DNA of 64,000 nucleotides from Octopus vulgaris (Eukaryota), in the NCBI GenBank assembly GCA_951406725.2, contig OX597831.1, positions 1,054,001-1,118,000 on the forward strand. The letters run 5' to 3'. The stretch's first letter is position 1; each line of letters starts with the position of its first letter. Below, piece after piece: positions 54,132 to 64,000 of this stretch. Below the pieces are notes generated by a model. The model had not been told where the DNA came from, searched no databases, and was given only the letters and a program-made list of their open reading frames with translations. The translations under genes were made by a program, and so were the position numbers.

Positions 54132-56358
54132 TAATAATAATAATGATAATAATAATCATCATCATCATCATCATCAGTAAAACCACTAATACAATCACTC
54201 CAACACAACTCTTACAATTACTGCTACACCAATACAAGCACAACCATGGCTGCAACCACCAGCACACCAAAACTGTTTCGGAGATGACCAATGAATTGAT
54301 AGGTTCTGTGTAAGAAATTGTAGAGTATCAATTCTGAAAAACATTGAGAAACTTCATTAAAAAAAGTTATTTTTCTCTGTTAATTTACTTCTTTTTCATT
54401 TCTTCTTTTCATAATGATAACGATAATATTACAGGTGGTGGTTGTGAGGGTTGTGGTCATAGTGATGGTGACAGCAGGTGGTAATGGTTGTGGGATGATA
54501 ATGATGATAATGATGATGATGATAATGATGGTGATGGTGATAAAGTTAATTATAATAATAATGGTACTAATAATAACAGCATTTCCCAAGACACAGCTGC
54601 ACAATTTAAACTCTACAACAACCGCATAGAAACCTGGCACCAAACAGACTAAAATGTAGCACCTACCAAACCCACCATCTCCGTTCTACATAAGTAACAC
54701 CAAGAATTATCCAATACAAACAACCATCACACAGAATAACAAAAATGTACTTACCACACACGCACACATGTCTCCGTAATATTCATATTACACAAAAAAC
54801 ACAGAAAACAAAATGCTTCAAGAATATTCATAGACACAATGTTTGGTCAGGAGAGGGGGAGAGGGAGGTGGGGAGAAACAGTGCATTATATCTATTATAG
54901 ATTAATGTTAATCTAGCCTGGGTCACCTAATCTCTCCACAACAAACCATAGTAAAATTCAAAGATTATGAAGAAGAGCCGAGATATGGAGTTGAGGCAGA
55001 GACTGCTAGTACCATCCAGTACCAGTATTTTTGTCTGTTCTTTATTGCTACAGGGCTTATCTTCTTACCTGCATATAGTAGTTTTAAAGTGAGCATCATC
55101 AATCCATGCAATCTGATCACACTCTATAGACTTGAAGATCTGGCCACACAGGCTCCAGTAGTCTAAGACAGCTGAGGTGACTAGCAAGCTTTAGATTTTA
55201 CATTGGAGCAGTCATCTACCAGATGAATTGCCTTACAGGCCTGAAGAGGTCTACTCACCCTAGAGTTTCTGGAAGGGTGTCAAAGAAGATATTAGAATGC
55301 CTGAGGGCTCCCACTCCTTGATTTGCTATCAAGCTTGAATTCTGTAACATTTTTGTCTTACAAGGCAGTGAGTGATTTTGCTTCGACTTTCTTCCATAAC
55401 ATGCTAATTAACCCATTGCTAGGACCTTAACAGGTGCTACTATTTTGTATCAGAATAAATGTGGGAACAACAGTGGCTAAGAGGTGGCTCCACATACCAT
55501 AAAACCCTGTAACTCCTGAGCCAGGGCTCCACTACACCTCTACTGGATGCAGTTTAAAGTTATACTCAGGATGATGCTCAAAAAATACACTTCACATAAT
55601 CATAGCCCACTGTCAACTCAACAAAACTCAAATACTCAAAATGAAAAACTATCTGTACATATGAAAAATACAGTTTTTTACTGCAATAAGTTCCAACCCA
55701 CCCACACAGCCCTCTGTTACTGCATGTTCAATCACTCACAGACATTCAGGCATGTTTACCACAGAACACCATTTTAAAACCATTATCCCCCACACTCAGT
55801 CAAAAAAAACCTCACCCCACCACCCCCCAAAAAAACAATATAACAGGGCTGAAATATCTTTGATCATAAAGTTATTCAAGCAGGGCTTAACTGGGGCTAA
55901 ACAACAACTTCATTAGTCTCAAGCCAATGAAGAGCCTTTTTATGATCTCATGAACTATTAAAAATAACATCTAAATCTATCTCAGATCAAAATCTGACAT
56001 GGAAAAAAACAAACAAAAAACCCCCCCAAAAATGATTTAAAAAAAAAAAGAGGCCATATTGGTTAATGCAAAGCAGGGAACACTTTGCATATAAAAAATT
56101 GGGTCTGTCATGGCTGCAATGCTTTTAATCATAGATCAGGGAGCCAAAAAAGAAAAAAAACATGAGCAGTTTTAAACACTAATCGAGTACAGAGTATCAA
56201 CTGTCATACTCCAATCATTAAATTTTCCCAGAAATGCATTCAACATGTAGAAGAGGGAAGCTGACATACATAATCTAGTGAGCAGAAAAAAAAGAAAAAG
56301 AAATTTAATTAATTAAAATTATACTCACAATGAAAAGAAAAAAATTCATCAGCATTAA

Positions 56359-56567
56359 CCCTTTAGTTCATAACCAGCCCAAATATTCTACCTGTTTTAC
56401 ATTCAAACTAGCCAAATCTGGCTTCTCACACCTACCCAACAATATCATTCTAAAAATAAACAACTATATCAAACTATATCTCAAAGCTGTGCAATAATGT
56501 AAGGAATAATTTAAAACAATGTAAACTAATACACAATACATTTGACAGTAATCTGAATGCTAAAGGT
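56359..56567 (-). mobile_element. TTAA-flanked piggyBac-like MITE (paralog of 30327)
   Basis: TTAA|CCCTTTAG ... TGAATGCTAAAGGT|TTAA. The internal sequence is the reverse complement of 30327-30546. Confidence 0.75.
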
Positions 56568-59500
56568 TTAATAATTGTTCTTATCATGAAAGGCAAGGGA
56601 GACAAGTCCAAAATTCAAATCGTTGAAAAATTGAATAGGTACATATAAAACATCTGTAAACATGTTTCAGTCTTATTAGACCTCTTCAGCAAAATGTAAT
56701 CTAATTTGTATTTATGTGAAACTGAATTGACTGAAAAAATGTGTAATTTTTCAGTGCAAAAAAAGTTCACTGATAAAACAATTTAAAATATTTATTTGGG
56801 AAAACATCTCCTTTGCCTTTGAGGAGAATTATCATAACACTTATGATTATTTTTCTTTCCATTACAATTGTAAATATTAATTGATTAAACCTTTTTTTTT
56901 AAATTTTGGCTCCCTAGTTAATATGCTATTGCTCTCACACCCCACAACATAAGTATTAGTCAATACTACCTGCTTCTGTTGCTACAATCACATCAGAGTC
57001 TATAAGAATACAGAAAAGACAGGAGAGGAAATACTATCTGCAAAGGCTATCACACTGTACTCTATATAATAAACCATTGCAGGTCAGAGTACATGATATG
57101 ATGTTTAATTAGGTAGAGGTGTGATACATTGGAGGTGGGGTTTTTTTTTTTGTCAACCATATCTAGTTGTTTTGGCTGACTACTTGTGTGTTATAAGTCT
57201 GTTTAATCTAGCCAGACTGATGATATGGATTATGGTAGTGGCAATGGTGATGGTTATTATTTCTATAGATCCTTTTGCTGCTACTGTTGTTGTTATTGTT
57301 GCTGTAGCTGTTACAGGTGTTGTTGTAGCTCTTACTGTCGTTGGTATTCTAGTCATTGTGATTGTTGTTGGCCTGTTGGCTCCATTGTATATTTGGCAAT
57401 TTTTGCATTTGAGAGTCTTGGCATTGCCAAAACTGAGTTTTTGGTGGTCAAACGGCAAGTTTTCTTGTGCCACCCATCTTCTTCATTGTCAATGCCTTCC
57501 ACTCTCTGTTGCTTTTTTTGGATGCTTTCACATCATCTTTGGCAGCTTCTGAATTTGAGGCAGCAGGAAGCATTGAAGTTAAGTCCATACCTGCTGGCAT
57601 TTCTTCCTGGTTTTATGTTTGCAAGGAACATTTCACCAACAGTTCTTTGGGTATGTCAGTTACAGAAATTGAAGTTATGCATTTTGCTGCGGCAGCTGCT
57701 GAAGCTACAACAGCAACAAGAGCAATATTTGGGATGTTGGTAGCTGTGATAGACTGACATACTCAGTTCTCATCTTTTCCTTCATGGGGTAAAGGAGAAG
57801 AGACAACAAATCAACTGCTTTTTCAAAAACATAACATTTGTATTTCCCACCCATGGCCACCAACCCCATCTAAACACACTCTTTAAAACAGAAATATTCA
57901 GTGAAGCCAGACAGATCAGCACACGTGGCCATGAGAACTCTAGTGACATTTCTGTTTGGTTCTGCCGTAAGTGGTTGTGGGTGAGTGAAGGGGCTTAAGT
58001 TCTATAACTTTCTTGTGTTCCACTACCATCGCCACAACCATTGCCTGGTCCCTATGGGTCAATACATTGGTTACTGATTTTGGTCGCTTATTATTCTGTA
58101 TAAATGGGCTCATCAAAATTCTTGGGACATGCATGTGGTTGTGATCAATGTTTTGACTAGCTGCTTGCTGATGCAGATGTCCACAAATGTCTTTGGTCTT
58201 ATGCTATTTTCCTCTTGTTACAAACTGCATGACAGACCATACCACTTCCAAACTCTTTTTGATTTATTCCATTGTCACATAATGCAACTTCCAGTCTCTA
58301 CAATCAATGCATCAAGAAAGTAACATCCTTTTTTCTTGGCATTGCTAAGTATCATCCTGCCAAGACATATGATGTTTAACTGCATTTTTTTCATTTTTCT
58401 TGGTTTCAAGCAAATAGGACATCCAGTGTCTGGTTGCATGAGTGAATGATGATTTTTATTTTGTGATCTCTGTTGATATTGTTGTTGCTACAAATGTCTG
58501 AGTAATTTTTTTCATTTGCATGTTGATGGTGTGATGTCAATGAAGCAGTTGTGACATTAATCATTTTGGTTGTTGTGGGAGTAGCAATGGTAGCTGTTAT
58601 CACGATGTTGTTGCCCTATGAAACTACAGTGGTGTCATTATCTCTCTCCTTCTCCTGCCTCTTTCTATACTTGCATCCCATTCCAATGAGAACATTAAGA
58701 GGTCATTATTGGAATCCATGTTTCTTTATTGAATGAAATTATGGATTTATTAAAACAACAAAGGTTTGACAATGATATGACTTTGCGGAGGGGTTAATAT
58801 AAAAGGAAAAAGAACCACACCCCTACATTGCAGGCCAATTTCATGTCAAGGCTGCCAACAACATTTAATGCACATCATTCCCAATAAGGGCAAAAATGAC
58901 CCCAAAATGGCCAAACTAACAGAGACATAAAATTCCATAGTGATCAGAGTGAATGCAGCAATAATGATGATGCGGATAATGATGATGATGATAATGACGA
59001 TGATGATGGTGATGATAAGTAAGAAGAGGAGGATGTCTATTTCCAACAGATGATAATATATCTCACGAAGAAATTACTGAAATGTAAAGATCTGGAAACA
59101 GAGATTACCAGAATGCGAGGATAGAAAAAGAAACAATCTCTTTGATAAAAGGTTGTTTGGGAATTATTAAAAAAAAAAGCAGGCAAATATATAACTAATC
59201 CTCACCCCACAAAACTTATACACATACATATTCTTTATGTAGAGTACTAAGTACAAAACCAAAACAAAACGCAGCACAGATGAGAAGCCCACAGAGCTGC
59301 ACTCAATAGTGCAATGAAAGCACACAATAAAAATAAAATGAGAATTACCTGTCTTAGAAAATGACACTTTGAATTGTAATTATGAAACTTTAGCAGAGAG
59401 AGAGAGAGAGGGGGGTGGTAGAAAAGAGAGAGAACATTTGACAACACACAATAAACTTGACAAGATTTCCTATGACAAAAGTGACAATAGTGTACTTAAT

Positions 59501-60269
59501 TATTGACATAACAATATCACATGATTATAATGGTGTATAGAAGTGAGCTGAAAAGCTAAGGAATTACACTGACTTAGCTAAGGAATTACATTGATCTAGC
59601 TGAAGTAGCAACATTATGGCTGTTAAGGAATGTCTCCATCAGTCCCTTTGTAATTAGTACAATTGGCATGGCTTTGTGATTAAGAAGTTTGACTCCAAAT
59701 CACGTGATTTTTGGTTCAGTTGCTTCTTCTACTATAGCTCCAGGCTGAACAATGCCTAGTGTAAATGGAAACTGAAAGAAGCCCATTCTGTGTGTTTGTG
59801 TGTGGGGGATATTATCTTGCTTGAAAACAGATGAAAGTTGGCAACAGGAAAGGTATCCGGCTATAGAAAATCTTTCTCAATGAATTTTGGCTGAGCAATG
59901 CAAGTATGGAAAAATGGGTGTCAAAATTATGATGATGATAATAATTATGATAACAACATTGATGAGCAGGACAGCAATAATAATAGTGATAATGATGAGG
60001 ACAATGATAATGATGATGAGGAGGATAACAATGATGATGATATGCAACCATTTGTGTAAATTACCTAGTCTTTTCAGTTCTTCAGGGCAATTAGTTCTAA
60101 GGTGATTCTTACTATGACAAATGTAACAACTAGACTTTTTGCTCTATCACTAATCCTAAGCCCTTTGTCCTTTCCCATCCTTCTGGACACAATTCCAGTA
60201 TGGCTTCATGACATCTGGAGGGGTCATTAGGACTTGCAAATCCATTTTGACAACCTATGACCACATATC

Positions 60270-60400
60270 ACCTTTTGTTAGTCTTACTTTAACTATTTGT
60301 CCATACTGTGATACAAAAGTGATGACTGGACATACGTCTACATAATTTCCTATGTCTCGTATCAGCACTTTTGTATTTCTTTCACCCATGTACTAGGGTA
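60270..60400 (-). mobile_element. Possible decayed L1/Tx1-type ORF1 fragment
   Basis: YMGERNTKVLIRDIGNYVDVCPVITFVSQYGQIVKVRL has an RRM-like ORF1 pattern but is bounded by stops and frameshifts. Confidence 0.3.
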
Positions 60401-60486
60401 CAAGTGCACAGACAGAAGTATGTCTACCACTTTCAGCTTGAGTTTTATCTAAGCTTTCAGTTTTGAAGATACAATAGGGTACTATT

Positions 60487-60727
60487 CATCATCATCATCA
60501 TCATCATCGTTTAGCATCCACTTTCCATGCTAGCATGGGTTGGACGGTTCAACTGGGGTCTGGGAAGCCAGAAGGCTGCACCAAGCCCAGTTTGATCTGG
60601 CAATGTTTCTACGGCTGGATGCCCTTCCTAACGCCAACCACTCCATGAGTGTAGTGGGTGCTTTTTACGTGCCACCAGCACAGGTGCCAAACGAGTCTGG
60701 CAAACGGCCACGATCGGATGGTGCTTC
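60487..60727 (-). mobile_element. Family R (RTE 3' tail) young copy
   Basis: Near-identical to 9783-10010. Confidence 0.85.
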
Positions 60728-61377
60728 TTTTTTTCTTTTGAGGTGATTTCTCCTGAGATGAGCCGAAGTAACTGGTTGTACTTCTTGTCAAGTGAGCAGA
60801 CTTAGTCCATTTCTGTCTTTTGGAAACAGAGGTGTACGATTTTTCTCTTTGCTTTCTCTCTCCTGGATTAACTCCTACCGAAAAGAAATGTTGCTTTGTC
60901 TTACAAAATTCTCCCAACTACAATATAATAGTGTTTCATACCATGTAAGGGTTGGCACTACTGTTGTTGTTTAGTTGTGACTGTTGCTATCTTTGAAACT
61001 ATTTGTTTGACTCTTTGGAATATTTAATTTTTTTCTTCTATTAATTGCTCACTAAACTGTTTATTTTCTCCCCCTTTACATACATTCAGTTGTGGGTTTT
61101 GATTTGATGTTGATTTTTTTTTTTTTTCATTTGCTATTGTAATATTTTGTTGTGTATGTTTCATATCCATTTCAGATGTGAAAATAAATAAATTTCAGAA
61201 GTTTGTAAAACAAATCTTTTCTATGTTGTTTACTGCTGGTAATTAATTATAGTTTTTTTTTTCCAAGTACTCAAAAGAAAATTTCATTTGGTGATGCCTG
61301 AATAAGTCATACCTCAAAGAGGGAAGAAAAATTCACATAACAAATGCCAAATATGGTAGTAACAACAACAATAATAA

Positions 61378-62153
61378 TGGTTTCTGATTTAGACACAAAG
61401 CCAGCAATTTTGTAAGGAAGGGTTAGTCAGTACCATTGACCCCAGTATTTGACTGGTACCTCATTTTTATTGACACTTGAAAGGATGGAAAGTAAAGTTG
61501 GCCTCAGTGGATTTGAACTCAGGGCATAAAGGGCCAGAAGACATATTACAAGGTATTTCCCCCAATGCTCTTAATAATAATAATAATTCTTTCTACTGGA
61601 AGTACAAGGCCTCAAATTTGGGATAAGTGATTAATTCAATTATATCAACCCCAATGCCATAACTGGTACTTATTTTATCAATCCCAAAAAGATGAAAGAC
61701 AAAGTCAATCTCCGTGGAACTTGAACTCAGAACATAAAGATGGATGAAATACCACTAAGTATTTTGTCCAGCATATTAATGATTCCACCAGCTTGCTGCC
61801 TTAATAACAACAATTTTTCTGAGTAAGCCCACAACAAATGAGATTTGAGGGAAATTTGGGTACTATTTCTAACAGGTTGAGTAACCACATTAAGACTCAA
61901 GCTAAGTCATGTCCAGATACAATAAGGCAGCCCCTATGTGGTTGCTTGGCATGTGGGAAATAGCACCAAAATCTGTTCAGTTATATTACTGTCTTTAACA
62001 TATTTCTTTACTACCCACAAGGGGCTAAACACAGAGGGGACAAACAAGGACAGACAAACGGATTAAGTCGATTATATCGACCCCAGTGCGTAACTGGTAC
62101 TTATTTAATCGACCCCAAAAGGATGAAAGGCAAAGTCGACCTCGGCGGAATTT
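61378..62153 (-). mobile_element. Three reverse-oriented SINE family D copies (about 61378, 61585 and 62001)
   Basis: Each shows ctggtac...aaaggatgaaag...aaagtc. The last copy is young and 5'-truncated. Confidence 0.8.
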
Positions 62154-62435
62154 AACAGAAAAGATGAATATACTAGCTGTGGTGCTTCACAACAAACCCT
62201 GACAAACGATGTCTCAAAGGATTAGATAGTCAAAGGTAGCAGACTTTTGGTCATAAATCTAGATCTGCATGATAAGGTCTGACTTGGAGTTAAACAACAA
62301 TTTTACCCCTAAGCGTTTTCAACAAGTGATAGTAAGGAAATAAATCATAGTTCCTTCTCTCACTCTCAGACCAGACTTTTTTCCTTTCCTTCTTTTTTGT
62401 TTTGTCACAATTTATACTTCCCTACAACAGTAAAA

Positions 62436-62467
<32 letters not shown>

Positions 62468-63411
62468 AAGTGATGACTGTTTCTGGCTTCATTTTCAGAG
62501 TAACTGATCATGTGATCACAACCAACATATCAACATACTTTATCTGTAGAGCTTCAACATGGCAGCCAAACATGCAACATGTCTAGCACCAAATTCAATA
62601 ATGCCCATTGAAAATTAATATTTCCTTAAAAGACAAAAAAAAAAAAAGAAAGAAAAAAATGCAGTTTTACACAAATGGTTGGTGAATGGCGAGTTTTTTT
62701 TTTCTATGCTTCATCTTGTTTCCATTTTGTTGTTCTTGTTAAAAGACATAATCAAAAGAAATTGAGTAGATTCCATGAAAAACTCAATAGAAATATTTAA
62801 TTAAACATATTCATAAAGACCTGAATAGAAATAATGGTGAATAGCTGAAATAGAAGAAGGGGTGTATGTACATGAGGGTGTTGTGGAACACTGACCTAGG
62901 TGTAGAGTTGGGGTAGGAGTCACTTTGGGTAATGGTGCTGACATAAAAGACTGTAACAGAAATATCTGAGGTGGAAATATTCCAGCAATATTTTATGGTG
63001 ATTTCTTTGAGTGTTGACTACAAGGTAAATTTATATATATATATACACACATATATATATACATATTTATTTATTGTCATCATCATAATCATTTTAATAT
63101 CTGCTTCTCCATGCTTGCATGGGTTGGATGAAATTTGCTGAGGCAAATTCTCTATGAATGTATATCCAAGTAAGCTATTTCCCCATGATCAGATATGTTT
63201 TCACAGAAGATTGGAAATGAAGGACACTGCTTGCATGACAGTGACACTCATTTACAACTATGTCGTGATTTCAAGGCAAGGAGACAGTAACACACATATA
63301 CACATAGATACACACAACATACATACATACATACATACAAATAGATAGAAAGAGAGGTAGGTAGATAGACGGATGGATAGATAGACAGATAGATAGATAG
63401 AAAGACAGATG

Positions 63412-63485
<74 letters not shown>

Positions 63486-63664
63486 CGGATGGATAAATAG
63501 ATTAACCCCAAGTGGAGCCTCCTCCAGTTGGTTATCAATGCAATCTGCACCCGATATATCTTGCAAACAGGGTGTGAAACCCTACCATCTAACAGATGAT
63601 GGGATCACCACACCGTACGGTTTTGGGCTATTTGTGCCCATCATCCGTGGTGAACACCCGTCTG

Positions 63665-63702
<38 letters not shown>

Positions 63703-63704
<2 letters not shown>

Positions 63705-63860
63705 GGTTTCTTTCAGTTTCCATCAACCAAATTCACTTATGATGCTTGGTTGGCCTGAAGGTATAGTTGGAGACACTTGCCCAATGTGCCATACAGTGGG
63801 ATGGAACTCAGGTCAATGTGGTTGGTATGCAAACTTCCTACAACCGTCACATTTGTGCCA
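63703..63860 (-). mobile_element. SINE family C head, degenerate
   Basis: Reverse complement of the head and CORE-like segment (ttgggcaagtgtctcc). Confidence 0.65.
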
Positions 63861-64000
63861 ATACAAACACACAAACGCACCTTGTATATCAAAAATTTTT
63901 ATAATGCAAGAAGATGGAATGAATAGCCTTTAATCCAAATCATAATTGTTTCTGTACATTAGCAACAGCCGTTAGTTGCTGAATGTTTCACATATTAAAC

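Overview
This is AT-rich animal genomic DNA with dense (TA)n, (CA)n, (GA)n, (TAA)n and (CAT)n microsatellites. The repeat families (tRNA-Arg-headed SINEs, RTE and R4/Dong LINE tails, TTAA and hAT MITEs) resemble those of Octopus (inferred, not verified). I find no intact protein-coding gene: nearly all ORFs in the supplied track are microsatellite or SINE read-through. The window looks intronic or intergenic. It holds many SINE copies of at least four families, decayed LINE 3' ends (RTE, Rex3-like RTE, Dong/R4, possibly CR1), a Tc1 left end, hAT and piggyBac-type MITEs, probable Helitron/Helentron derivatives, and minisatellites of 29, about 41 and 38 bp. The most notable signal is four hammerhead-ribozyme-like folds of the Penelope/retrozyme type. 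One (42886-42980) keeps a canonical catalytic core and ends a 1.4-kb, extremely AT-rich island that carries a 322-bp tandem duplication. All family names are recognised by eye, without database searches.
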